Below are positions 42,530 to 51,948 of a stretch of 64,000 bases of DNA, piece by piece (the stretch's first letter is position 1; every line of letters begins with the position of its first letter). The DNA lies in NCBI GenBank assembly GCA_963833225.1, contig CAWHXD010000017.1, forward strand, positions 160,001 to 224,000, in the 5' to 3' direction. The notes beneath the pieces were generated by a model. That model had not been told where the DNA came from and searched no databases. It saw only the letters and a program-made list of their open reading frames with translations. Source of the DNA: an uncultured Chloroflexia bacterium (GTDB lineage: Bacteria > Chloroflexota > Limnocylindria > Limnocylindrales > CSP1-4). A program made the translations under genes and the position numbers.

Positions 42530-42877
42530 ATGAGCATCACCCGTATCGATCCCGGTCACCGATTCTGCGAGGCGGTGGTCCACGGCGACACCATCTACCT
42601 CGCGGGTCACGTTGGCTCGGACCCCTCCGACGGCGTGTACGAACAGACCCGGGACATCCTCGCCCAGATCGACGCCCACCTCGCGGCCGCGGGCTCCGAC
42701 CGCTCGAGGCTGCTGATGGTCAACGTGTGGCTGCCCGACATCGCGACGTTCGACGAGATGAACCGCGCCTGGGACGAGTGGGTCGACCGCGACCACATGC
42801 CGGCGCGGGCAACCGTCGAGGCGCGCCTCGCGTCGCCCGCCTACAAGGTGGAGATCGCCGGGATCGCCGCCGGCTGA
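42530..42877 (+). CDS. RidA family protein (YoaB-like)
   Basis: IYLAGHV, FDEMNRAWDEW, PARATVEA, KVEI. Confidence 0.92.
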   Translation: MSITRIDPGHRFCEAVVHGDTIYLAGHVGSDPSDGVYEQTRDILAQIDAHLAAAGSDRSRLLMVNVWLPDIATFDEMNRAWDEWVDRDHMPARATVEARLASPAYKVEIAGIAAG

Positions 42878-42893
42878 CCCAGCGGCTGGGCGG

Positions 42894-43340
42894 TTACTGC
42901 CAGAAGCCCGCCGCCGAGTAGGCGTACTTGACGCCGTACAGCTTCTTGACCGACGAGCCGTTGATCCGGTCGATCTTGATCCAGTCGGCGCCGCTCGCCC
43001 CACACGCACCCGCCTCGTAGGGATCGCCGGTCACCGTGCCGGCCACGCGGACCTTGGTCAGCTTCACCGCCCGGACAAGGACCTCGTCGGTCATCGTTGG
43101 GCCTTTCCGGATGGCAACGCCCGCGCACACCGCGAGCATCTTGACGGCCGCGACAGGAGTCGGCTCGGGTGCGACGGTGGGCGCGAGGGTGGCGATGGGC
43201 GCCGTGGTTGCCGCGGGCGACTCCGCCGGGGTTGACGCTGACGTTGATGCCGAGGGCGACGCCTCGGGGCCACCGCAACCGGCGAGCACGACCAGGGCGA
43301 GCGTCGCGGCGAGGCCGCCAACCGTGATCCGACGCAACAT
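42894..43340 (-). CDS. Hypothetical lipoprotein with SH3-like C-terminal domain
   Basis: GGAGG RBS, LAGC lipobox, Pro/Thr linker, IRKGP motif, Cys pair. Confidence 0.65.
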   Translation of the reverse strand: MLRRITVGGLAATLALVVLAGCGGPEASPSASTSASTPAESPAATTAPIATLAPTVAPEPTPVAAVKMLAVCAGVAIRKGPTMTDEVLVRAVKLTKVRVAGTVTGDPYEAGACGASGADWIKIDRINGSSVKKLYGVKYAYSAAGFWQ

Positions 43341-43590
43341 TCCCGGTCCCTCCATTTCCATGCGGTGCCCGCTCAGGATAGGCGGCCTTGACGAATCGCA
43401 CGCGGCCCGCGCGCAATTCCCGCCCTGCGGGCCTGTTCGATCAGACGGTCGGCATCCGCGAAATGTGAGCGTGCGCACGGGCCTTGAAGATCCTGCCTCG
43501 GGACGGGACCCGGCTCCAGGTGGGTCTTCCCCTGAGCTCTCCTGCTCGGCTCGCGGCCCGACACCGCCATCCGTAGGATGGTTGGCATCC

Positions 43591-43990
43591 ATGGACCTCG
43601 CAGTCGCGCTCGGCATCCTGCTCTCGATCGCCGTGGTGTGGGCCACGTTCCTCGTCATCTTCTGGGCGCTGCGGCCGAGAGGCGCCTCCGCCCGCGAGAT
43701 CGTGGTCCTGATTCCCGACGTGCTGCGGCTGCTCCGCTCGGTCGTCGTCGACCGGACAGCCCCGCTTGATGCCCGGCCCGGGCTGATCGGGCTCCTGGCC
43801 TGGATCGTCTCGCCGATCGATCTGATCCCGGGTTCATCCCGGTCATCGGGCCGCCCGTGACCGACAAGGGGCCTGGTGGGGCCCACGCCCAGTCTGGCGT
43901 TGCTGCTCTACGCCGTCCGTAGACACCGTTGGACACGACTTCGAACGAATGGGACGGGCGCCTCGACCCGTGTCCGCCCCAGGGGCGGCG
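43591..43990 (+). pseudogene. DUF1232/YkvA family gene, disrupted
   Basis: PDVLRLLR and SPIDLIP, then FIPVIGP in another frame; 3' part degraded. End approximate. Confidence 0.65.
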
Positions 43991-44004
43991 CGGCCGTCGT
44001 CGCG

Positions 44005-44445
44005 TCAAGGACGACGATCGTGGCCCTCCGCCTCGGCCTCCAACCCGGAGTGGTGGGTGACCTCCCAGTCCTCGGCGACCCTGCCGTCCTCGATCCTGCT
44101 GATGTTGATGCCGGCGGTGGTCCAGGCCTGTCCGGTCGGCGGGATTCCCATGAACAGCCCCGTGTGATGACCACGGCTGACAAAGCGCGTGGCCACCAGA
44201 TCACCCTCGGCCACCTGCTGGACGACGCTCGCGTGCCGATCTTCGGACGCGGCGAGGATCGCTGCCGCGAAGGCGCGCACGGCCTCAAGGCCGCGCATCT
44301 GGGAGCCGTCGGAGCCGTGGTGGACGTAGTCCGGGGTGTAGATCTCGGGAATGGCGTCGAGGTTGCGCCGGTTGATCACCTCCTCGAACCACTTGCGGGC
44401 GATCGCCTTGCGTTCATCAGCCCCGCGCGTCTCGCTCCGTGCCAT
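44005..44445 (-). CDS. SnoaL-like ester cyclase
   Basis: AEGDLVATR, GHHTGLFMGIPPTG, DGRVAEDW. Confidence 0.88.
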   Translation of the reverse strand: MARSETRGADERKAIARKWFEEVINRRNLDAIPEIYTPDYVHHGSDGSQMRGLEAVRAFAAAILAASEDRHASVVQQVAEGDLVATRFVSRGHHTGLFMGIPPTGQAWTTAGINISRIEDGRVAEDWEVTHHSGLEAEAEGHDRRP

Positions 44446-44589
44446 GTGTTGGCCTTTCACCGTGGCCCTCCCGTTCGCATCGTCCGCCCTCGATCCTGAG
44501 TGCTCACCATACGCTCCGGGCGCACGCCCTCGTCTCGCGACCGCTGATGACCGACACGTCCAGCCCGGTGACTGGGTATCGTGGCGTGG

Positions 44590-45171
44590 ATGGTCACCGT
44601 CGACATCGAGCCGCTCTCGAGCGACAACTGGGACGCTCTCGCCGGACTGTTCGCTGCCGGCGGCGATCCGAAGTGGTGCTGGTGCCAGTTCTGGCGGAAG
44701 GCTGGGTCGAACTGGACGAACACGAGCCCGGCCGACAACCGGGCGTCGCTGCAGGCGCTGGTCGGCTCGGACCCCGCGCCCGGCCTGGTGGCGATGCGGG
44801 ACGGGGTGGCCATCGGATGGGTGGGCCTCGGGCCTCGGGAGGACTTCCCGCGACTGGCCCGCTCTCGGACGCTCCCCCAGCTCCCGGGCGAGGCGGTCTG
44901 GTCTGTGAACTGCTTCGTGGTCGCCCGCCGGGAGCGAGGGCGGGGCGTCGGCGATGCGCTGCTGGCGGCTGCGGTCGACTATGCCCGCGAGCACGGGGCA
45001 CGCCTCGTGGAGGGGTTCCCGGTCGAGACCGGCGGCGAGCGGATGCCGTCGGCCGGGGCCTACACGGGGACTCGCGGCATGTTCGAGCGCAATGGCTTTG
45101 ACGCTGCCGCGCCAACCACGTCGAAGGCCCACGGCGGACGCCCTCGCGTGGTCATGCGTCGGGAGCCGTGA
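44590..45171 (+). CDS. GNAT N-acetyltransferase
   Basis: CWCQFWR, WSVNCFVV, RGRGVG, VEGFPV. Confidence 0.88.
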   Translation: MVTVDIEPLSSDNWDALAGLFAAGGDPKWCWCQFWRKAGSNWTNTSPADNRASLQALVGSDPAPGLVAMRDGVAIGWVGLGPREDFPRLARSRTLPQLPGEAVWSVNCFVVARRERGRGVGDALLAAAVDYAREHGARLVEGFPVETGGERMPSAGAYTGTRGMFERNGFDAAAPTTSKAHGGRPRVVMRREP

Positions 45172-45190
45172 TCCGGGCCTGCCGGCACCG

Positions 45191-46079
45191 CTAGAACCCG
45201 AACACCTCGGCGCACGGGTTCTCACCGGCCACGATCGGGCGCACGGTGAGCCCGAACGTTGCGCTGGTCTCCGGGTCCTGGGTCCACTGCGTGAGCTGGT
45301 TTGCGTTCTCCAGGGCGTTCCGAAGCGTGGCGGCCTCCTCCCCGTCCACCAGCCCGCACCGGTAGCTGCCGTCCAGGACGGGCCCGCCGAAGGTGGCGAG
45401 AGGGGTCTCGAGCGGCCAGTCGGCGATCGCGCCCGCGACGCCCGACTGCGGCGCCGGTGGCGGGCCGACGAGGATCGCGTAGGCGGTTGGCGTGTAGGGC
45501 TGCTCCGGCCCAAGCTCCGAAGGGATCCTCTCCGGCAGCGAGGCGATCCGGCGCCACAGCTCGGCAAAGGCCACCGGGCTGCCGGGCTCCAGGACCCCGT
45601 CGACCTCCGGGAAACCGGTCAGCGTGACGAGCTGTCCGTCGACGGTCAGCTCCATCCGCCCGGTCATGCCGCCAGGCAGGCCAAGATCGCCCACGAAGTC
45701 GGCCTTGCCCGACAGGAGTCCCAGTCTCTCGAGCCCAGCCGATGACGGCGTCGCGGCCGGCGTCGCTCACCTGTCGGGAGAGGAGCGGCATCACCAGCGG
45801 ACCGGGGAAGATCGCCGGCACCGCGCCCGGAACAAGAAGCTGACCGTCGCCGGTGATCACGGCGGTGGGCCCAAGCGAGAACAGGTTCTGCGGCGGGATC
45901 GCCTGCCAGGTCGTCATGCGCAGCCAGTAGGTGGAGCCGCCGGCGGCTGGCGACGGGGTCACGCCAACCGGCGTTGGCGGTGGCGATGTGGGACCGACGG
46001 GCGTCGGCAGAGGGGCACCGCAGGCGCCCACGAGCATGGCCGACACGAGGAGGGAGAGGAACGGAGTGGGCCAACGCAT
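45191..46079 (-). CDS. Hypothetical lipoprotein, frameshift at ~45720
   Basis: VGAC lipobox and VPAIFPGP in one frame, continuing to VRPIVAGENPC in another. Confidence 0.65.
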
Positions 46080-46119
46080 CGCTAATCCCTCGGCGGTTGA
46101 GTCACAGGTACATCTTCGC

Positions 46120-46145
46120 GACGCCCGCTGCGTTCGGCGGGTTCC
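46120..46145 (-). promoter_or_regulatory. Possible ECF-sigma promoter for the lipoprotein gene
   Basis: GGAAC-N17-CGTC on the minus strand. Confidence 0.35.
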
Positions 46146-46332
46146 CGTTGCGTCGCGGCTCGGGGTGTGCCTGCCCGCGGGCAGTTGCTGCCAACGAGTC
46201 CAAGGACGACTGCACGTCGCCGAACCCGGCAGAAACCCGGGCGAACCGCTGACGGCGAGTCATGGAGCGCGGATTCCGTCAGCAATGCACGGACGAGTAG
46301 TCGTGCTTTGACTGGATGGCACGCGTTGCGGC

Positions 46333-46362
46333 TTGACGAGCCTTCGGGCGAGAGCGTAGACT
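46333..46362 (+). promoter_or_regulatory. Sigma70-type promoter of the leader/ABC operon
   Basis: TTGACG-N18-TAGACT. Confidence 0.65.
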
Positions 46363-46418
46363 CCGCGCCGGTCGAGCAGGTCGCTCGGCACGTCCTGCAT
46401 CCGGAGGCGGCAAGCCAG

Positions 46419-46502
46419 ATGGTGAAGAACGCAGCTTCCTACCCGCGAATGCCCTATGGCATCGGCATCGTCTGCGGGAGAGGTGTGCCCACCACAAGGT
46501 AG
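46419..46502 (+). CDS. Putative 27-aa leader peptide MVKNAASYPRMPYGIGIVCGRGVPTTR
   Basis: GGAGG at 46403; lies between the promoter and a terminator. Confidence 0.55.
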   Translation: MVKNAASYPRMPYGIGIVCGRGVPTTR

Positions 46503-46536
46503 GACGCGGGGCGTAGAGCCCCTGGAGCGACCAACC

Positions 46537-46573
46537 GAGCCGTGGGCCACCGGGCCCCCGGCTCTTTCGTTTA
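46537..46573 (+). terminator. Intrinsic terminator/attenuator in the 5' leader
   Basis: GAGCCG-TGGGCC...GGGCCCC-CGGCTC hairpin followed by TTTCGTTT. Confidence 0.75.
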
Positions 46574-46713
46574 TCTGGGCATGCGCAGGCCCCGATGAAC
46601 CCCGAGCCGCGAGGCCCCCCGATTGCCGGGCCCGCGGCTCGTCCCATGCCTGGGACCCGCGATCCGGCTCTCATCCGAGTCAACAACCCCACCACCCATC
46701 GCAGGAGGGTCCC

Positions 46714-47667
46714 GTGACCACCACCCTCGCACCCGAACCGAAGACGACTACTCCGACGTCGAGCCCGCTGCCGGCCGCCAACGCCGACCTCGAGCCCGCC
46801 GCGCGGATCCCGGCCGGTCCGGACACCGAGGGCATCACCCTCGGGCTCCAGGTCCCGGCCGGCCCGCCGGCCCTCCTCGTCGAGCACGTCACCAAGCGCT
46901 TCAACGTCGGCCGGCACAAGCCCCCGGTCCTCGCGATCGATGACGTCTCGCTCCGCCTGGAGCGAGGGGCGATCCACGGGATCCTGGGCGCCAACGGGTC
47001 CGGCAAGTCGACCCTCATCCGCCTCGTCTCGGGGTTGCTGACCCTGGACGAGGGCCGGGTCGAGGTGTTCGGACTCGACCTCGAGCGCGACGAGCTCGCC
47101 GTGAAGCGGCTCATCAACCGGGTGAGCGTCGATGCGGCGTTCTTCAAGAAGTTGAGCCCGATGGAGAACCTGCTGTTCGCCGCCCGCCTCTACGGCCTCG
47201 ATGCCGGTGGGGCGAAGCGAAGGGCAGCGGAGATCCTGGCCAGGCTTGGCATCGCGCACAGCCGCCTCGGTCGCCCGGTGGAGCAGATGAGCCGGGGGAT
47301 GCAGCAGAAGGTCGCCATCGCGCGAGCCCTGCTGACAAGCCCGACCCTGCTGCTCCTCGATGAGCCCACGACGGGCCTCGATCCCCGGAGCAAGCTCGAC
47401 GTCCAGGCGTTCGTCGAGGAGGTCAACGCCTCGCACGAGGCCACGATCGTCCTCACCACGCACGACCTGGAGGAGGCGGAGCGCCTGTCCGATCGGATCA
47501 CGATCCTCGATGGAGGACGCGTGGTCGCCGAGGACACGCCCGACGGCCTCAAGCGGATGGTCGCCGAGCGGCATGGGCAGCTGCCCACGCTCCACGCCGT
47601 GTTCATGACCTACACCGGTCGCTCCCTTGACGAGGACGTCGAGGAGGACGACGACACCGATGCCTGA
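46714..47667 (+). CDS. ABC-2 exporter ATP-binding protein (DrrA-like)
   Basis: AGGAGG RBS; GANGSGKS, MSRGMQQK, LLLLDEPTTGLD, TTHD. Confidence 0.92.
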   Translation: MTTTLAPEPKTTTPTSSPLPAANADLEPAARIPAGPDTEGITLGLQVPAGPPALLVEHVTKRFNVGRHKPPVLAIDDVSLRLERGAIHGILGANGSGKSTLIRLVSGLLTLDEGRVEVFGLDLERDELAVKRLINRVSVDAAFFKKLSPMENLLFAARLYGLDAGGAKRRAAEILARLGIAHSRLGRPVEQMSRGMQQKVAIARALLTSPTLLLLDEPTTGLDPRSKLDVQAFVEEVNASHEATIVLTTHDLEEAERLSDRITILDGGRVVAEDTPDGLKRMVAERHGQLPTLHAVFMTYTGRSLDEDVEEDDDTDA

Positions 47668-47966
47668 CCCGAAAGGAACCACGTGATGCAAGAGCTCGAA
47701 TACCGCATAGCGGTGATCCGGGAGCGCGAGGCGCACCTGCGATCGATCCGCAGCCACGAGCTGGCGGCCAGCTCGGAGGCCCGTTCGATCCGGCTCCAGG
47801 TGGGCGAGTCGATCATCCGACTCGGCCGCCGCGTGGCCGGACACCAGCCCGCCACCCGGGGCAACGCCTTGTGGACCGGTTGACACCGGCCCGGGCGGTG
47901 GCCCCATCCCTGCCCGGGACGACTCCGAACGTGGGTCGTCCCGGACGGGGCCCCGAAAGGAACCAC
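47668..47966 (+). repeat. 15-bp direct repeat CCCGAAAGGAACCAC flanking the small ORF
   Basis: Exact copies at 47668-47682 and 47952-47966. Confidence 0.85.
47686..47883 (+). CDS. Small hypothetical protein (65 aa)
   Basis: AAAGGA RBS; QVGESIIRLGRRVAG amphipathic helix. Confidence 0.65.
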   Translation: MQELEYRIAVIREREAHLRSIRSHELAASSEARSIRLQVGESIIRLGRRVAGHQPATRGNALWTG

Positions 47967-47968
47967 CC

Positions 47969-48772
47969 TTGGCTCTGATCGCGCAGGAGCTGAAGGCCTC
48001 GTACGCCTTCGTCGAGCGCAACTTCTTCCTCACCCGCCGGTACTGGGGGTGGGAGCTCGCGTTCCTCGTCTATTCCGTTGCCGGCGCGCTCTCGATCAGC
48101 CTGATCGGCGCCGCGGCGGGTGACGACCGCCTGCTCCTCACGCTCATCGTCGGCGCGGTGTTCTGGAACTACCTGTCCGTCGTCTTCTCCTGGATCGCCG
48201 AGACGATCGCGGTGGAGCGGTGGGAGGGCACCCTCGAGTACACCTTCATGGCCCCGGTCCGGCGCTGGACCCAGCTGCTGGGCTCGTGCGTGTACGCGAT
48301 GGCGTACGGGCTGATCCACACCGCGGCCATCCTCGTCGTGCTCGTGCTGTTCTTCCCGCAGCTCAACGTATCGGGCATGAACCTCGCCACCGCGGGGGTG
48401 TTCATGCTGCTCGGCTCGTTCAGCTTCGTGGGCATCGGCATGATGGCCGCGATGCTGCCGCTGCTGTATGTGGAGCGCGGGGCGCAGATGACGTTCGTGC
48501 TCCAGTCGTGCCTGCTCCTCGTGTCCGGCGTGTACTACCCGGTCGAGGTGCTGCCGGGCTGGATGCAGGTCCTCTCGCACCTTTCGCCCGCGACGTACGT
48601 CCTCTCGGGCGTGCGAGCCGGGCTGCTGGACGGCACGCCCGCCTGGCAGCTGTGGGGCGACATCCTGCCCCTGATCGTGATGGGCATCGTGCTCATCCCG
48701 GCGGGGCTGTGGGCCTTCGGGCGCGCCGAGCGATACGCGAAGCGCACCGGCAAGCTCAAGCGGGTCGGGTGA
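47969..48772 (+). CDS. ABC-2 exporter permease
   Basis: ERWEGTLE, SGVYYPVEVLPGWMQ, SPATY. Confidence 0.92.
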   Translation: MALIAQELKASYAFVERNFFLTRRYWGWELAFLVYSVAGALSISLIGAAAGDDRLLLTLIVGAVFWNYLSVVFSWIAETIAVERWEGTLEYTFMAPVRRWTQLLGSCVYAMAYGLIHTAAILVVLVLFFPQLNVSGMNLATAGVFMLLGSFSFVGIGMMAAMLPLLYVERGAQMTFVLQSCLLLVSGVYYPVEVLPGWMQVLSHLSPATYVLSGVRAGLLDGTPAWQLWGDILPLIVMGIVLIPAGLWAFGRAERYAKRTGKLKRVG

Positions 48773-48777
48773 CCACG

Positions 48778-49896
48778 ATGGGAACCTCGACGCTGGCCGA
48801 TCTTGGCTGGGACCCGGGCTGGGCCGCCGCCTTCGGGCCGTTCCACGCGGCAGGATGGCGGCCCGCCCGGGTCGCGGCTGCCCACCGCGACGCCTGGATG
48901 CTCGTCACCAGCGATGGTGACCGGGACGCGGTGATCTCGGGGAGGCTCCGCCACGAGGCGCTGGGGCCGGGAGACCTGCCCGCCGTCGGCGACTGGGTCG
49001 CCGTCGCCGGCGGCACCGACCTGGAAGCCACCCCGGGGACCACGGTCATCCATGCCGTCCTCCCCCGCCGCAGCTCCTTCCGCCGCAGCACCGGCGATGA
49101 ACACCGGAGTCCAACCCTCGGCAGCGAGCAGGTGTTCGCCGCGAACGTCGACATCGCGTTCGTGGTCGCGGGGTTGGACGGCGACTTCAACCTCCGTCGC
49201 CTCGAGCGCTACCTCGCGGTGGCCTGGAGCGGCGGCGCCACCCCCGTGATCCTGCTCAACAAGGCGGATCTCGCGGCGGATCTCGACGGGCAGCGCGTGG
49301 CCGCGGAGGCGGTGGCCCCGGGAGTCGAGGTCCGGCCCATGTCGGCGCTCACTGGTGCTGGGGTCTCGGCGTTGGCGTCAGACCACCTTGCGCAGGGCCG
49401 CACGGCCGTCGTCCTTGGCTCCTCGGGCGTCGGCAAGTCCACCCTGGTCAACGCCCTGCTCGGCCACGAGCGGATGCGGATCTCCTCGGTTCGCGAGGAC
49501 GACTCGAGGGGACGCCACACGACCACCCACCGGGAGCTGGTGCGCCTTCCTGGCGGTGCGCTCCTGATCGACACGCCCGGGATCCGGTCACTGGGTGTGG
49601 CTGGCGCCTCGGACGGCATGGACCGCGCGTTCGCGGACATCGCGGCGCTCGCGGCTTCGTGCCGATTCTCGGACTGCCGCCACGATGCCGAGCCCGGCTG
49701 CGCCGTCCAGGCAGCGCTTGCCGACGGAACCCTCCCGCCCGAGCGCTACGCGAGTCACCGCAAGCTGGAACGGGAGGCGGCACACGTCGCCCGATCCGGC
49801 GACGTCCTCGCGCGCGCCGCCGAACGCCGACGCTGGCGGATCATCCAGACCTCGGTCAAGGGGCACATGCAACACAAGTATGGGAGCGAGCGATGA
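48778..49896 (+). CDS. rsgA: Ribosome small subunit-dependent GTPase A
   Basis: PAVGDWV, NKAD, GSSGVGKST, GRHTTT, DTPG, CRFSDCRHDAEPGC. Confidence 0.95.
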   Translation: MGTSTLADLGWDPGWAAAFGPFHAAGWRPARVAAAHRDAWMLVTSDGDRDAVISGRLRHEALGPGDLPAVGDWVAVAGGTDLEATPGTTVIHAVLPRRSSFRRSTGDEHRSPTLGSEQVFAANVDIAFVVAGLDGDFNLRRLERYLAVAWSGGATPVILLNKADLAADLDGQRVAAEAVAPGVEVRPMSALTGAGVSALASDHLAQGRTAVVLGSSGVGKSTLVNALLGHERMRISSVREDDSRGRHTTTHRELVRLPGGALLIDTPGIRSLGVAGASDGMDRAFADIAALAASCRFSDCRHDAEPGCAVQAALADGTLPPERYASHRKLEREAAHVARSGDVLARAAERRRWRIIQTSVKGHMQHKYGSER

Positions 49897-50951
49897 CCAC
49901 CATCCACGTGCCGGCGGCCCCGGCCATCCCCGGGCTCTCCTTCAGGCCTGCGACCGCGGAGGACTGGGACGCGATCGCCGGCCTCGTCAACGAGGTGCGC
50001 AAGGCTGATGGGATCGACGAGGTCCGGACGGGCGCGAGCCTTGCCAGCGAGTACCCGGAATCGGCGGATTTCGCCTTGGCCCGCGACATGCTCCTCGCCG
50101 AGGTCGACGGACGCCTGGTCGCGTATGCGATCGGACACCGGGTCATCCGTGACGGGATGCCGGTCGGCCAGACCGACGGCGCCGTCCACCCCGCATTCCG
50201 CCGGCGCCGGCTCGGGACAGCGCTCCACCAGGCCGTCGTGGACCGGCTGCGGGCCGAGTTCGCCGCTGACCCCGTTCCGGGCCCGCGCCAGCTGCGCACC
50301 TTCGCCCTCGAGGAGGAGACGGGCTGCCGGGAGCTCCTGGTTGAACAGGGCTTCGTGCCCGTCCGGTACGGCTTCGTGATGCGCCGGTCCCTCACCGGGA
50401 TGCTGCCCGAGCATCCCCTGCCAGAGGGCCTCGAGCTGCGCCCGGTAACGGAGGACCAGCACCGCGCGATCTTCGACGCCAACAACGAGGCGTTCGAGGA
50501 CCACTGGGGTCACCGTCAACCCACCGAGGCCGACTTCACCAGGCACTTCCAGGGTCCGGACATCAACCCGGGCATCTGGTGCGTGGCCTGGGCCGGCAAC
50601 GAGATCGCGGGAGTGGTGATGAACATGATCTCGGCGAGCGAGAACGAAGCGCTGGGCATCCATCGCGGCTGGCTCGACGAGGTCTCGGTTCGCCGCCCGT
50701 GGCGGGGTCGTGGCCTCGGCAAGGCGCTGTGTGCGGCGTCGTTCCGGGTGCTGCGGGACCTTGGCATGGACGAGGCCTGGCTGGGTGTCGACGGGGCGAA
50801 CCCGACCGGGGCGCTCCAGCTGTACGAGGGTCTCGGCTTCCGGGTCCATCACCGGTGGACCGCGTATGGCCGCCCGCTCGACGGACCTGCGCCCGCCGGG
50901 TGGACACCCGACGCGGCCGCGGCACCCGACGCGTCGGCCGGATCCGCGTAG
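49893..50951 (+). CDS. Tandem GNAT acetyltransferase
   Basis: Two acetyl-CoA motifs (FRRRRLG, WRGRGLG); NPTGALQLYEGLGF. Confidence 0.88.
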   Translation: MTTIHVPAAPAIPGLSFRPATAEDWDAIAGLVNEVRKADGIDEVRTGASLASEYPESADFALARDMLLAEVDGRLVAYAIGHRVIRDGMPVGQTDGAVHPAFRRRRLGTALHQAVVDRLRAEFAADPVPGPRQLRTFALEEETGCRELLVEQGFVPVRYGFVMRRSLTGMLPEHPLPEGLELRPVTEDQHRAIFDANNEAFEDHWGHRQPTEADFTRHFQGPDINPGIWCVAWAGNEIAGVVMNMISASENEALGIHRGWLDEVSVRRPWRGRGLGKALCAASFRVLRDLGMDEAWLGVDGANPTGALQLYEGLGFRVHHRWTAYGRPLDGPAPAGWTPDAAAAPDASAGSA

Positions 50952-50975
50952 GCCGGGCAGCGCGAGGTGGTGCCG

Positions 50976-51557
50976 ATGCCAGTGGCGACCAGGCTGGTCG
51001 ACGAGCGACGCAGCTCGCGGCCGTGATCGCGGCCGCGCTGGTCGTCAGCGGGTGCGGCGGCGGCCCCGCCACGGCGGAGCCTCCGGCGGCGTCGTCATCC
51101 GCGCCGGGATTCGCGATCGCGAGCACCTCCATCGTGCCCGGAGGCGTCATCCCTGCCCGCTTCACCTGCGATGGCGAGGATGCCTCACCCGAGCTCTCGT
51201 GGTCGGAGAGCTCCCGACGCAACGAGCGCGCTGGTGCTGGTCGTCGACGATCCCGACGCCGGGGGGTTCGTGCACTGGATCGTGCTCGACGTGGCGGGGT
51301 CCGCCGAGGGTTCCCTGCCGGAGGGGATCTCGGGCACGCCTGGGGCGCCGCGAGAGGGCATCAACGACTTCGGGGGCGTTGGCTGGAGCGGACCGTGCCC
51401 CCCCTCGGGCGAGCACCACTATCGGTTCACGCTCCGGGCCCTGGCCGCACCACTCTCACTGCCGGGCGCTCCTGGCGGTCGCGACGTGCGCGATGCGCTG
51501 GACCGCTCGACGATCCTCGCGACGGCGGTGCTGGAAGCGACGTACTCCCGGCCCTGA
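50976..51557 (+). CDS. YbhB/YbcL (PEBP) family lipoprotein, frameshift at ~51210; start uncertain
   Basis: FTCDGEDASPELSW in one frame; DDPDA, FVHW, GPCPP, HHYRF in another. Confidence 0.78.
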
Positions 51558-51634
51558 GGCGCGTGCCTGGTCCTGCGCGGTACCGCGCGCCGGGTCCGGC
51601 TCGCGGGCCCGCGCGCCGGCTCGGGCACCTGCCT

Positions 51635-51826
51635 TCCGGATATCACCAGCCGTGATCAAACCGGGCATCCTGGGCAGCGGGCAGCCCACGCCCCGGGCAA
51701 TTCGGGCTGGAGTATCAGCAGTGGTGATGAACCTGGCGATATCGGCTTCGATCCGAGCCTGGATCGGCGGCTGGCGCGCCCGAGGCGCGGGAATGGCGCC
51801 TTTGATCACCGTTGCTGATATTCGGA
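51635..51826. repeat. Intergenic element with 26-bp imperfect terminal inverted repeats
   Basis: 51635-51660 matches the reverse complement of 51801-51826 at 22/26; third copy at 51709-51731. Confidence 0.7.
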
Positions 51827-51948
51827 GGGGCGGGGGTGCAGCCCGTGACGGGCCGGAGGCATGCAGCCCCGTCCGGGCGCGGTACGCCCGGCGAGGGCGC
51901 CCGGTCGTGCAGCTGGCGCGCGGTACGCGCAGCGCGGAACCGCGAAGC

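Noticed and set aside
43341-43590. Possible riboswitch upstream of the lipoprotein gene
   Set aside because: No recognisable aptamer consensus or terminator; only short GC stems.
46456-46713. N-terminal extension of the ABC ATPase in the ORF track
   Set aside because: It runs through the terminator; the RBS-supported start is GTG 46714.
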